From an uncultured Myxococcales bacterium (lineage in GTDB: Bacteria; Myxococcota; UBA727; JABDBI01), in contig CAZBMJ010000002.1 in NCBI GenBank assembly GCA_964493205.1, forward strand, positions 50,238-114,237: a stretch of 64,000 nucleotides of DNA, given 5' to 3'. A program made the translations under genes and the position numbers. The notes under the pieces are model-generated. The model searched no databases and was not told where the DNA came from. It was given only the letters and a program-made list of their open reading frames with translations. Within the stretch, counting starts at the first letter, position 1. Every line of letters begins with the position of its first letter. Positions 26,230 through 36,063 of this stretch are shown piece by piece.

Positions 26230-26622
26230 ATGAAAACATATAAACCTTTACCTGATAATCTAACTATTAAACCTAGCTCTATACATGGACTAGGTGTATT
26301 TGCTACAGAAGATATACCACTTCAAAATACTTACGTATTTTTAGGTTATACTCACTACGTAATAGAAGGAACTTTATATAGAGTAAATTATGGTGGATTC
26401 ATTAATCACTCTAATGATCCTAATTGTAAATTATTTCCTATTAGTAAAGAAGAAGATTATGAAGCTTTTCAAATGGTTACAATCAAGGATATTAAAGCAG
26501 GAGAAGAGTTAACCTTAGATTACACAAGGGAGTTATGTGGATTAACAGGATATGAAGATGCTGATTTTTTAAAAGAAGAATTTAAATCATGTTTAAGTGA
26601 TATTGAAAAATATGGATTTTAA
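26230..26622 (+). CDS. SET-domain protein lysine methyltransferase-like (130 aa)
   Basis: GFINHSNDPNCKLF matches the NHSCDPN motif and GEELTLDYT matches the GEELTxDY motif. Confidence 0.7.
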   Translation: MKTYKPLPDNLTIKPSSIHGLGVFATEDIPLQNTYVFLGYTHYVIEGTLYRVNYGGFINHSNDPNCKLFPISKEEDYEAFQMVTIKDIKAGEELTLDYTRELCGLTGYEDADFLKEEFKSCLSDIEKYGF

Positions 26623-26756
26623 AAAATATATAGAACTTAAACCGTTAGCTTTAAAACTACTTTATTCATTTGAGAAACATAAACTTCCTTATTATGATGA
26701 AACAAATAAAGTAGCAGAAATTATAAAAATATTAAATAATAATTAAATAAATAAAA

Positions 26757-26978
26757 ATGATAATTAGACACAAAGCTGTAGTACAGCAACCAAGAATTAA
26801 AAGAGACAAAACTGGTATGGTATCATTTGGTACTCTTTTAGAATTAACTAAAGAACAGTTTGATGAATTAAATGATACCTACTACAATGGTACAGAAGTA
26901 TTCTTATTTGTAGTAGGAGAAGATGATTTAGTAGATTTTGTAAAAGAATTAGGTGAAGATCTTTTAAACAATAAATGA
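26757..26978 (+). CDS. Hypothetical protein (73 aa)
   Basis: Complete ORF. ATGA overlap with the next gene. Confidence 0.4.
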   Translation: MIIRHKAVVQQPRIKRDKTGMVSFGTLLELTKEQFDELNDTYYNGTEVFLFVVGEDDLVDFVKELGEDLLNNK

Positions 26979-27256
26979 TGAAAGTAATTGAGATAAGTTT
27001 AGAAGATTATAATAAACTAGAACTTAAACCTATCTTTGAAGAGTTAAACGTTGAGTATGTGTTAGGAGGTTATTATGGATTAACTAAATTAAGAAAAGAA
27101 GAATTCTTTAGTGAATTAGAAATGATTCATATACCTGGTTTTGATAATTCAATGTTCTTCTTTTTAAGAAGGGATATTCCAGGAACTAATCAATCATATA
27201 GTTTAATTCTCTATAGTGGAGTAAATATAGTAGGACATATAAAAATAAAAATATAA
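26975..27256 (+). CDS. Hypothetical protein (93 aa)
   Basis: Complete ORF. Its stop overlaps the start of the vWA gene. Confidence 0.4.
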   Translation: MMKVIEISLEDYNKLELKPIFEELNVEYVLGGYYGLTKLRKEEFFSELEMIHIPGFDNSMFFFLRRDIPGTNQSYSLILYSGVNIVGHIKIKI

Positions 27257-27864
27257 TGAAAACAATTTGTAATTTAATTTTAGTAGATGCATCAGGAAGT
27301 ATGCAAAATAGAGTATCAGATGTTAAAGGTGGTTTAATGAAACTATTCTCTGATATTAAGGAAGAAAAGGAACTTAATCAGCATACTATTGTATGTGATT
27401 TTTCTAATGATTTTAATGTACTCGTTAATACAGTAGATTCTAAGCTTTTAACTTCAGAAATGATAGATAAGTATAAAACTAGAGGATCAACTTCATTATT
27501 TGATGCTATTAAGAAATCATTTGAATTAGTTCCAAAAGGAGTAGATGGTGTATTTGTATCTATTATAACTGATGGAGAAGAAAACTCTTCTGTAGAATGT
27601 AATTCAACTCAAGTAAAACAATTAATATCTTTAGGTAAAGAAAATAAATGGGGTATTACGTTTATGGGGTGTGATGAGAAAGCATTAGATATAGCTAAAT
27701 CCATAGGTATAAATAGTATACTACAATTTGCAGATAATGCATTAGGTTATGAGAAAGCAAGTAAAGAAAGAAGTTTTGCTTATGCAAGTTATACATCTAG
27801 CGTTAAAAAAGCAGTTACATTAGATGAGATTCAATCTGATGATTTATTCACTAAACCAAATTAA
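27256..27864 (+). CDS. von Willebrand factor A (vWA) domain protein
   Basis: MIDAS LILVDASGSMQNR. Then ...STSLFDAI... and ...VSIITDGEEN. Confidence 0.75.
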   Translation: MKTICNLILVDASGSMQNRVSDVKGGLMKLFSDIKEEKELNQHTIVCDFSNDFNVLVNTVDSKLLTSEMIDKYKTRGSTSLFDAIKKSFELVPKGVDGVFVSIITDGEENSSVECNSTQVKQLISLGKENKWGITFMGCDEKALDIAKSIGINSILQFADNALGYEKASKERSFAYASYTSSVKKAVTLDEIQSDDLFTKPN

Positions 27865-27949
27865 TATGAAAAAACAAATTAAACCAAAACCTAAAATTAC
27901 TAAAATGAGTAAAGGAGGTAAAGTTAAAAAGAATTGTTAACAAAAAAAA

Positions 27950-27978
27950 GGAGAGTATTTTTACTCTCCTTTCTTGTT
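27950..27978. terminator. Bidirectional rho-independent terminator between convergent genes
   Basis: GGAGAGTA-TTTT-TACTCTCC is a perfect 8-bp stem, flanked by A8 on the 5' side and TTTCTTGTTT on the 3' side. Confidence 0.7.
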
Positions 27979-28814
27979 TAAAAATCATACTTAATTTTTC
28001 TTGGAATAATACTCTCTATTTCCTTCTTCATGTATTCAAATCTATATGGTTTGTTTAGATGTGTAAATCCCAGATATCTAGGAGTAAATCCTCCTTGCTC
28101 TAATAACCACGCATACGCACTTATCTGTAGTCTATAATGGTTGTAGTTACAGCAGCCTAAATGGTCTAAAGGACTTAACATTTTACCGCCATAAAAATTA
28201 GCAGTTTTTATTTCCTTATTAGTCTTATGATCATCTATATCTATATACCTTACTCCTTTAATAGTATCTATAAATACAAGGTCTGCTTGTCCTGCTATTT
28301 TAACCTCTGAATTCCATAATATACATTCAGGATGAAAACCATCTTCTAAATCTATTAGTTGTTTAACAGAAGAAGTTCTAACTTCCTCTCCTTTCTTAAA
28401 TTCAATAATACTAGAAGGAATAGTCTTACATTCTATATTAGTGTAAGGATTAATACACACACCACTTCTTAAAGCTTGTTGTTCTTTAAATGTGTGATAA
28501 TCATTTCCTTTTTTAATAGAAGCATTTCTCTTATCTTCCCATTCTTCTAATATCTCTTTGATAACAGGTGCTACAAGCTCATCAGAGACCACTGAGCGAA
28601 AGAAATTTATAATCCTAGGATCAGTATGATGAAGTCCTGAGATTTGTCTCAGACGCTTAAACTCTCCTTTACCTAAAATCCTTTCATAAGCTTTATACTT
28701 ACTGTAGTGATCTCCCATAAAAGGACGCTTGTACTTACCTATCAAAGTACTAACAGAAGTATATACTTCATTCTCTAGTTCGTAAGTGTGTAATTTTGAA
28801 TTAAATTTTATCAT
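27978..28814 (-). CDS. PD-(D/E)xK-type nuclease-like protein; low confidence
   Basis: GQADLVFIDTIKGVRYIDIDDHKT is D...(D/E)xK-like. A Cys cluster LGCCNYNHY is also present. Confidence 0.4.
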   Translation of the reverse strand: MIKFNSKLHTYELENEVYTSVSTLIGKYKRPFMGDHYSKYKAYERILGKGEFKRLRQISGLHHTDPRIINFFRSVVSDELVAPVIKEILEEWEDKRNASIKKGNDYHTFKEQQALRSGVCINPYTNIECKTIPSSIIEFKKGEEVRTSSVKQLIDLEDGFHPECILWNSEVKIAGQADLVFIDTIKGVRYIDIDDHKTNKEIKTANFYGGKMLSPLDHLGCCNYNHYRLQISAYAWLLEQGGFTPRYLGFTHLNKPYRFEYMKKEIESIIPRKIKYDF

Positions 28815-28962
28815 ATATTTATTATTTTACTCATTTAACTGCAAAGTTACAACAAAAAAATGACTTATTTTGTATATTATCCTATTTTTTTAACATAGAA
28901 ATTAATAATACCCTTCTTTTTTAAATATATTTTTCGTAACTTTGCACTAAAGTTAGAAAGCA

Positions 28963-29322
28963 ATGAAGATAATTAAACTAAATTCTAAATATGAACTACT
29001 ATCTATAATGATAGACTTAGCTCTTATTTTAAAATTACCTAAAGAATTTGGTCTTAGAGATAGAGAAAAGGAATTTCTAATACATACTATTATATTGTCT
29101 AATGAAGGTTATACTTTAGAAAGCGCAGAGATGGTAAAGACCATAGCAAAGCTTATGAACATTAAACCTGATGATGTATATAATTATAGAAAGATTCTAA
29201 AAAATAAAGGATGGTTAGTTCAAACTATAGATGGTTTTGAATTATTAAGTGCTTTAGATTATACAGATAGAGATATTCCTAATGATATAGAAATTAAATA
29301 TAAACTATCAGTAGCAAGATGA
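28963..29322 (+). CDS. Hypothetical protein (119 aa)
   Basis: Complete ORF. First gene of the plus-strand small-gene operon. Confidence 0.4.
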   Translation: MKIIKLNSKYELLSIMIDLALILKLPKEFGLRDREKEFLIHTIILSNEGYTLESAEMVKTIAKLMNIKPDDVYNYRKILKNKGWLVQTIDGFELLSALDYTDRDIPNDIEIKYKLSVAR

Positions 29323-29705
29323 CCTTTTATGATAAAAATGAAGATATAATAAATGCCCTATCTTCAAAACATAGGGTAGAAAGAGATTTAATAGAACAGA
29401 TGATTAATCATACATTTCTATCAGTAAGAGAAGCAATGGCACTAGAAGAGATGCCAAATATTTTACTACATAACTGGGGAAGATTTTTTCCTCGTCTTAG
29501 GCACATTGAGAATAAGCTCTTGAAGTATTCTATTTACTTAAGAAAAGGAGGTATTCTAAATGATTATAATTTTAAACGTTTGAGAGCTTTTCTCAGTGCC
29601 TATGACAGATTATGTAATGAATCAAAAAGAGTTAAAAAAGATTTTGAATATTTAAAAGAACAAGTAATAATATATGAAGCAAGAAACAGAGACGAGGAAG
29701 AATGA
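29319..29705 (+). CDS. Hypothetical protein (128 aa)
   Basis: Complete ORF. ATGA overlap. Confidence 0.4.
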   Translation: MTFYDKNEDIINALSSKHRVERDLIEQMINHTFLSVREAMALEEMPNILLHNWGRFFPRLRHIENKLLKYSIYLRKGGILNDYNFKRLRAFLSAYDRLCNESKRVKKDFEYLKEQVIIYEARNRDEEE

Positions 29706-30000
29706 TCCAGTAGTATTTGCTTTATCTACACAAACATGGTTGATTAAAAAACATCCTGTAGATGAAGAAAGTAATATTATAGATCCTAATTTTAATGCTA
29801 GAACTTATACTAAAAAAGCATACAAAGCATTCTTACAAGGTAAATCTTATTTTACTTATAAAGGAACTACGTATGTTGTTCCTAAGATGCAACGAAGTAC
29901 ATTAGATAAACATCTAGATAGTATAAACTTAGATGAGAATGGAAATTTAATTGTTCCAGAAGAAAGTATAGAAAATAAAATTATAGAGCAATGGGGATAA
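29674..30000 (+). CDS. Hypothetical protein (108 aa)
   Basis: Complete ORF. Confidence 0.4.
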   Translation: MKQETETRKNDPVVFALSTQTWLIKKHPVDEESNIIDPNFNARTYTKKAYKAFLQGKSYFTYKGTTYVVPKMQRSTLDKHLDSINLDENGNLIVPEESIENKIIEQWG

Positions 30001-30242
30001 GAGATATAGAAAATTTAACTACTCCTGAATATTTAGCTATTCTAATTAATTATCTAGCAGTATTACAGGATGGTAGAACAAAACCAGACACAAAAGGTGG
30101 CGGTTATATAAGAGAAAGTGTTTACAATATTGATGAGATAGAAGAAGTTAAAAATGAGATAAATAATATTCTTAGAATTAACATAGCACCTAAATCAATA
30201 GAATTTGTAAATAAAACTAAAAATAATTATTTTAATAAGTAA
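29991..30242 (+). CDS. Hypothetical protein (83 aa)
   Basis: Complete ORF. Confidence 0.35.
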   Translation: MGIRDIENLTTPEYLAILINYLAVLQDGRTKPDTKGGGYIRESVYNIDEIEEVKNEINNILRINIAPKSIEFVNKTKNNYFNK

Positions 30243-30252
30243 ATAGAAAGAA

Positions 30253-30936
30253 ATGACAAACGGACCTACATTAATGAACATGAAGAATGGATCTAGTATT
30301 CCTAGTTCTAAAATGCAACTTAAACAAAGAGCAGGAGAAGCAACTTTTAATTATGGGGCTAATCCAACACCTGAACAACTTGAAACAAGAGTATTAGAAT
30401 TAACTAAAGATAATACTGAACTAATTAATAAACAAAGAGAGAGAGAAAGAATTAGTAGAGAAGCAATGGAAGCATCTTATAAAGAATGGTTAAAAATTCC
30501 ATTAGAAGATAAATATATTAATGAACAATTACTTGTTCCTGATACAGTTCTTATTCGTCTATTTTATTATAATGAATCTGAAAATATTAGTTCAGTTCTT
30601 ATTCTAAGCGAAGAAGATAAAAAGTCTTTTCATAAAGTACTTCCTATAGGTAGAATACTTAGTTCTAATGTAGACTTTCTAAAACCTGGAGATATAGTTA
30701 AACTACCAGCAGTTTATGGAAAGAACGTATTAAGTCATGAATGGGTACAATGGTCTAAAGATGTAGCAGAACAACCTTCTCTAAAAAGAGAATATCCTAT
30801 GCCTCCTATGTATATAGGAAAGCTTAATGAATGGTCTAATTACATCTATCAGGTAGATCCTTTCTCAGATACATCTATGGAAGATCAACATACATTTTGT
30901 ATTCCTTATAGAATATTACAAACTAAAAGTATATAA
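30253..30936 (+). CDS. Hypothetical protein (227 aa)
   Basis: Complete ORF. Confidence 0.45.
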   Translation: MTNGPTLMNMKNGSSIPSSKMQLKQRAGEATFNYGANPTPEQLETRVLELTKDNTELINKQRERERISREAMEASYKEWLKIPLEDKYINEQLLVPDTVLIRLFYYNESENISSVLILSEEDKKSFHKVLPIGRILSSNVDFLKPGDIVKLPAVYGKNVLSHEWVQWSKDVAEQPSLKREYPMPPMYIGKLNEWSNYIYQVDPFSDTSMEDQHTFCIPYRILQTKSI

Positions 30937-30937
30937 G

Positions 30938-31378
30938 ATGAGTAAGTTTAAAGAAGGAGATATTATAGTAAAAAACGACTACACATATGTTTGTAGAATA
31001 GTAGGAGAAACAGAAGCATTATTTGAAAAAAGATGGTTTAAGGGATTGTTTAAAAATCCTGAAAATTCTCCTTGTGTTAGTGGTTGTGGTGATGAAGGAT
31101 TTTCATGTAATGATACTATAATTTTATTTTCAGACAAATGTAGATATTTAGTAAATACTAAACATAGTAATAATAAAAATGTTTGCTCAACAAAAGATAA
31201 TTTATATCCAGTAATAGGAACATATATACAATGTCAAGGTACTCCTATTAATTTAGAAAAATTAAAATATCATTATCCAGAAGCATATAAAAACTATATT
31301 ACAAGTTTATATGATAGATTACCTAAAGAACAAGTAGAAATGGAGGTTAAAAAGAAAAATAAAAAATCTAAAAAATGA
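30938..31378 (+). CDS. Hypothetical Cys-rich protein (146 aa)
   Basis: CVSGCGDEGFSCND...C...C. Confidence 0.4.
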   Translation: MSKFKEGDIIVKNDYTYVCRIVGETEALFEKRWFKGLFKNPENSPCVSGCGDEGFSCNDTIILFSDKCRYLVNTKHSNNKNVCSTKDNLYPVIGTYIQCQGTPINLEKLKYHYPEAYKNYITSLYDRLPKEQVEMEVKKKNKKSKK

Positions 31379-31770
31379 TAATATTATTAGTAATCCTTTT
31401 CTTTGTTAGTATGTTACTTTTACATGCAAGATATAAGCAAGGTTATAGCTGGAAAGATATCTTTTCTCCTAAACGTTGGAAAGCTGTATATGTATGGTTT
31501 CTTAAACTAGGTTTAAAGAAAACAGGAGAAACAGAAAAGTATCTAACAACAAATGAACTCTTACAATACTCTTATAGAGTAGCTAAATGTGGAGATTGTT
31601 TACAAGCAGGTAAATGTTTACATTGTGGTTGTAATGCAGAAGGAAGACTTAATGGAATAACAGATGAATGTTCCGCAGGTAAATGGGGGCAGATGTTAAC
31701 AGACGAAGAAATGAAAACCTTTTTAAGAGATAATGAACTAATATTCAACGTAGAAATAAAGAAGAAATGA
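31375..31770 (+). CDS. Membrane-anchored Cys-rich protein (131 aa)
   Basis: N-terminal TM MIILLVILFFVSMLLL. Cluster CGDCLQAGKCLHCGCNAEG. Confidence 0.4.
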   Translation: MIILLVILFFVSMLLLHARYKQGYSWKDIFSPKRWKAVYVWFLKLGLKKTGETEKYLTTNELLQYSYRVAKCGDCLQAGKCLHCGCNAEGRLNGITDECSAGKWGQMLTDEEMKTFLRDNELIFNVEIKKK

Positions 31771-32114
31771 TAACATTTACAAATATAGATTTAGTAAATC
31801 CAGATATTCCTAAAGGAGGTAGTATCGTTATGGAGTTTCCTTTTGAAGGAGATCCTAATGAGATCAAACAAATATCTCCTGGATGTGGATGTACTGCAGA
31901 TTGCAAGAAAGTAGGAAATAAAGTAGTAGCTACATTTAAAGATCCTTTTAGTGATGCAGATAAGAAAAATTATCCTGGAGGTAAAATTCCTTATAGCAAA
32001 AGCATAAATGTTTTCTTTGAAGAGCCAACAATAGTAATACAAGGAATGAGTAAGATAGTTAAGCAAGATAGACAAAAAATAACATTAAAATTTTCAGGAA
32101 ATATAATAATTTAA
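31767..32114 (+). CDS. Hypothetical protein (115 aa)
   Basis: Complete ORF. Contains SPGCGCTADC. Confidence 0.4.
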   Translation: MITFTNIDLVNPDIPKGGSIVMEFPFEGDPNEIKQISPGCGCTADCKKVGNKVVATFKDPFSDADKKNYPGGKIPYSKSINVFFEEPTIVIQGMSKIVKQDRQKITLKFSGNIII

Positions 32115-32192
32115 CCTATCTGAATACTACTAGAGCATAATCTTGCAATATAGTATTTATCGTACAACTCCATCTCCTGTACAAAAATATAA

Positions 32193-32230
32193 AAGGAGGT
32201 AACTTCTACCTCCTTTTATTAAATTTTTTT
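32193..32230 (+). terminator. Rho-independent terminator
   Basis: AAGGAGGTA-ACTTC-TACCTCCTT is a perfect 9-bp stem, followed by TTATTAAATTTTTTTT. Confidence 0.7.
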
Positions 32231-32268
32231 TAACATATGAATAAAGGATTAATAAAAATAAAAAAAAA

Positions 32269-32574
32269 ATGAGTAAGAAAATAATTCAACTAAGTACAAA
32301 ACAATGTGGTAGATGTCAAGTAGCTAAAAGACATATAGAAAAAACACTTAAAAATCCTCATATACAGTATGAGTATATTTCTTTAGCAGATGAAACTAAA
32401 GAATATACTAGAGATACTATAAATGAATACTGGAATGAAGTGCATGAAAACTTCAATAGACATGAAGAAAACTTTAATATAAATATTATACCATCATTAC
32501 CATCATTTATATTAAAAGAAGATGAAACTTACAGACAAATTACACAAGAAGAAGTATATAATTTAATCACATAA
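32269..32574 (+). CDS. Thioredoxin/glutaredoxin-fold CxxC protein; tentative
   Basis: N-terminal IIQLSTKQCGRCQVAK has a CxxC placed after the first beta-strand, as in Grx/NrdH. Confidence 0.4.
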   Translation: MSKKIIQLSTKQCGRCQVAKRHIEKTLKNPHIQYEYISLADETKEYTRDTINEYWNEVHENFNRHEENFNINIIPSLPSFILKEDETYRQITQEEVYNLIT

Positions 32575-32576
32575 TT

Positions 32577-32768
32577 ATGACAGTACAACAACTAAAAGAA
32601 AGAATTAGACATCTCGCAGGACATAATGAAATAGTATTTTTTCCTGAAGGTTCTATAGAAGATGGAGAAGGTAATAATCTCATGGCAGGTATAGGATACT
32701 TTGACCTAGAGGAGAAAGATTATGTTTATTTAGGAGATATAGTTGTATTAGATGATGAAGAAGATTAA
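32577..32768 (+). CDS. Hypothetical acidic protein (63 aa)
   Basis: Complete ORF. Confidence 0.35.
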   Translation: MTVQQLKERIRHLAGHNEIVFFPEGSIEDGEGNNLMAGIGYFDLEEKDYVYLGDIVVLDDEED

Positions 32769-32949
32769 ACAGTGGATATTAAATCATAGTAATATAATAA
32801 TTATTGTTATGATTATACTGTATTTATTGAAGTCTTATTTTTTAGGAATAACTATTTTCAATATAGTTGTTGTAATATTGTTATTATTTTATATAATTTA
32901 CACAAGATACAAAAATGTACAAAATAGAAAAGGAAGTAAATCATTATAG
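32752..32949 (+). CDS. Small membrane protein (65 aa)
   Basis: IIIIVMIILYLL...IFNIVVVILLLFYIIY. Confidence 0.35.
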   Translation: MMKKIKQWILNHSNIIIIVMIILYLLKSYFLGITIFNIVVVILLLFYIIYTRYKNVQNRKGSKSL

Positions 32950-33217
32950 AGATATTATTGATGAAGCAAAACAAACAGATTCTTATAAACAAGGTAATAA
33001 AAAGTTTGTAACAATAACTCCTAACTACGATAGTATTAGAGATACATTTGAAACAGATTTTAGTATGCCTCTATATCATCCTTTAGAAAATCAGCAAACT
33101 CCAAGAGTAGAATCTGCTATGCACTTTGAAGGACAGATATATAAAAAGTATAGTGTAGTGTTTATAGAAGGTTTAGAATTAATAATATTAGGAATAGAAA
33201 GTAATGTCAGTAATTAA
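32915..33217 (+). CDS. Hypothetical protein (100 aa)
   Basis: Complete ORF. Confidence 0.4.
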   Translation: MYKIEKEVNHYRDIIDEAKQTDSYKQGNKKFVTITPNYDSIRDTFETDFSMPLYHPLENQQTPRVESAMHFEGQIYKKYSVVFIEGLELIILGIESNVSN

Positions 33218-33731
33218 AGGAAATCCTCAACATGATTTTAAAGAGCAGAATCCTCTTATATGTACTATAAGGGGATTTTCTGATGTATATACTAAACATA
33301 AACCAGAGATAGCATCTAAGATATGTTGGGCAATGTTTATGATAGAAGAAGCAGATCAAGAAGATAATCCTTTAGCTAGAATAAGCAATATCAAAGAAAG
33401 AACAGAAGAAGTACAAAAATCTTATTATAAGATAGATACAACAACACAAGAATATAAAAACTTAGTAGATGATTTTTCTAAATTTGCTTTAACAAAAGAG
33501 CAAACACTTTATAGAATACATGTACGTAAGTTTGAAGAAATGACATCTTATCTAGATACTCTGTCACTAGATGATGATAAACAGTTTGGTAAGTATATCC
33601 AAATTATGGATAAACTAAGTAAAATGTGGGCAGGATTAGAAATAGTAAAAGAGAGAATGGTTGAAGCAAAAAGTAAAAATAGAATTAGAGGAAATGCTCA
33701 ACTATCTGTAAGAGAGAAAAGGAAACGATAA
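33204..33731 (+). CDS. Putative terminase small subunit, assigned by position only
   Basis: 175-aa protein with a basic C-terminus (RIRGNAQLSVREKRKR), immediately upstream of and overlapping the large terminase. Confidence 0.3.
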   Translation: MSVIKGNPQHDFKEQNPLICTIRGFSDVYTKHKPEIASKICWAMFMIEEADQEDNPLARISNIKERTEEVQKSYYKIDTTTQEYKNLVDDFSKFALTKEQTLYRIHVRKFEEMTSYLDTLSLDDDKQFGKYIQIMDKLSKMWAGLEIVKERMVEAKSKNRIRGNAQLSVREKRKR

Positions 33732-36061
33732 TGAGTATTAAGTTAGTAAGATTATTTCCAGAGCTTTTTAATATTAAACCTTTTGTAATAGGAGATCATC
33801 CAATATATCATCCTGAGACAAAAGATTATTTAGACTACTGGGAAGAGCAAGAGAAGAGATGTATAGAGGGATTATGGGGATTAGATAAGAATGATAATGA
33901 AGGAGGATGGAGATTCTGTCCTCCTGTTCTATACTATTATATTAACTTTTGTGTAATAGAACATGAAGATGAAAGAAATAACTCAACCATAATATTACCA
34001 CCTAGTCTAAGAGATGTAGAGTGGTTATTTTTTTATAACTGGTTTATATGTAGAGGTTTCTCAGGATTTGAAGGTGATTATGAATATACATGTCATGAGT
34101 TAATAAGAAAATTAGAATCAGGAGAAAAACTTAATACTAAAGAAATATTAAAACTACAAAGAGCAGAAGGTGTTTTAAAACCTGATGGTAGTTATAAGAA
34201 ATTTATACATCCAAGAGAATACTTATATAAGACATTTGATAAACCTCTAGGTCTTCCGTTATATGCTAATGAAGCTAAAAACTTAATGGCACTTACACCT
34301 AGACGACAAGGTAAATCAATGTGGCTTATGGCAATACTTTCTCATGCATTTAAGTTCCATGGTGCTATTAGATTTGACCAAGAATACTTTAATCTTACAA
34401 GAGGTCCAAGTATTCTTATAGGTTCAGTATTAGCTAAAGCAGCAGATACACTTAAACACTTTTCATTCTTAGAAGAGTATCAAAAACATAATTTTGGTGC
34501 ATGGGGAGATGGTGATGACTTTATTCCTGGCTACTTCTTTCAACAAGTATCAGGTTCTTTAACTGTATCTAATCAGAAATCTCCTTATAGAAATGAATAT
34601 GAAGAAAGAATAAATGGAGTAGTAACTAAGCAAGGTAAAGGAACTAGAATAGTTCATGTTACTTATGAAGATAACCCAGAAGCAGCAGTAGGACAAGGAC
34701 CTATTATTTCTATTATAGAAGAAGTAGGTCTATTAACATCTCTACTTAAAGTATTAGGAGCTAATGAACCTGGTCTTACCAGGAACAATAAATTTGGTTC
34801 TCACTTACTCATAGGTACTGCAGGTAACATGGAACGTATATTTGAGTCCAAGATGGTATTTGAAGAACCAGAAACATATAAGTTTCTAGGTTTTGAAGAC
34901 TTATGGGAAAACAGACAAAAGGAAATAGGATTATTTATTCCAGGATATTATGTAGATAATGCATTAAGAGATCCTCAAGGCAATCAAAACTTAGAGGCAG
35001 CTTTTGAATTAGAAATGCAAGAAAGAGCTAGATTATCTAAAGCAGATAATTCATATGCATTAGACGCATATATGATGGCTAGACCACTAGTTCCTTCTGA
35101 AATGTTTTTATCAGGACAATCTAATATATTTCCTGTATCTTTACTTAGAGATCAGCTTAATAGAGTAGAAATAAGAGACTTATTTAATAGTCTTACTTAT
35201 AAAGGAGAACTAGAGTGGAATGAAAGTAAAACAGGAGTTAAACTAAAACTAGATTTTAACAATCAGCTTAAACCTATTATTAGTATGAAGCTAGATCAAT
35301 ATAAATCTAGTCTAAAAGGTTGTATTGTTTTTTATGAAGCACCTGAAGAAAATATACCTATTCCTACACAAAAGAGGTCTCTTTACAAAATAGTCTATGA
35401 CCCTGTAAGAGATGATGTTGTAGGTACTTCCTTAGCTGCTATACTCGTATATAAGAGTACTTCAGAAGATGGATGGGCACTAGGTCTACAAGATGCTTTA
35501 GTAGCAGAATATATAGGAAGAGTAGATAAAGTAGATGATATGCATCAAATAGCAATTAAACTAGCTATTTATTACAATGCTAAAATTATGGTAGAAACAA
35601 ACATACCAGATTTTGTACGTTATTGTAAGAATAATGGTTTTGCACATCTTCTACAAAGAAAACCTATGAAAACTATCTCTAAGTCTGTTAAAGACCCAGG
35701 AAATAAGTATGAAGTAGGTATAGATATGACATCACCAGCTCTTCATGAACATGCAGAACAACTAGGAAGACAATGGTTACTTACAGAATGGAAAACAGAT
35801 AGTACTGGTGAAACATTACTTAACTTACATAAATTAAACTCTCCTATGATACTTCAACAACTTATGATGTATACAAGAGAAGACAAGAAAAGATATGATG
35901 CTGTTGCAGCACTCAAGTTACTTTGGTTATGGCTTAAAGAAGAAAAAGAAGAGCCTGTTAAACAAGAAGCTAGAGAAGCAGCAATAGAAACAGTTGAAAT
36001 GTATTATAACAAATTAACTAGAAAACAACAAACTACTAACGTTAATTACTACACGTATTAA
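33731..36061 (+). CDS. terL: Terminase large subunit
   Basis: Walker A of terminase type LTPRRQGKSMW. Length 776 aa. Followed by portal-sized and capsid-sized genes. Confidence 0.7.
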   Translation: MSIKLVRLFPELFNIKPFVIGDHPIYHPETKDYLDYWEEQEKRCIEGLWGLDKNDNEGGWRFCPPVLYYYINFCVIEHEDERNNSTIILPPSLRDVEWLFFYNWFICRGFSGFEGDYEYTCHELIRKLESGEKLNTKEILKLQRAEGVLKPDGSYKKFIHPREYLYKTFDKPLGLPLYANEAKNLMALTPRRQGKSMWLMAILSHAFKFHGAIRFDQEYFNLTRGPSILIGSVLAKAADTLKHFSFLEEYQKHNFGAWGDGDDFIPGYFFQQVSGSLTVSNQKSPYRNEYEERINGVVTKQGKGTRIVHVTYEDNPEAAVGQGPIISIIEEVGLLTSLLKVLGANEPGLTRNNKFGSHLLIGTAGNMERIFESKMVFEEPETYKFLGFEDLWENRQKEIGLFIPGYYVDNALRDPQGNQNLEAAFELEMQERARLSKADNSYALDAYMMARPLVPSEMFLSGQSNIFPVSLLRDQLNRVEIRDLFNSLTYKGELEWNESKTGVKLKLDFNNQLKPIISMKLDQYKSSLKGCIVFYEAPEENIPIPTQKRSLYKIVYDPVRDDVVGTSLAAILVYKSTSEDGWALGLQDALVAEYIGRVDKVDDMHQIAIKLAIYYNAKIMVETNIPDFVRYCKNNGFAHLLQRKPMKTISKSVKDPGNKYEVGIDMTSPALHEHAEQLGRQWLLTEWKTDSTGETLLNLHKLNSPMILQQLMMYTREDKKRYDAVAALKLLWLWLKEEKEEPVKQEAREAAIETVEMYYNKLTRKQQTTNVNYYTY

Positions 36062-36063
36062 AG

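Noticed and set aside
27867-27941. A 24-codon Lys-rich ORF (MKKQIKPKPKITKMSKGGKVKKNC) between the vWA gene and the bidirectional terminator.
   Set aside because: It is too short and low-complexity to support as a gene. It may be a leader-like or spurious ORF.
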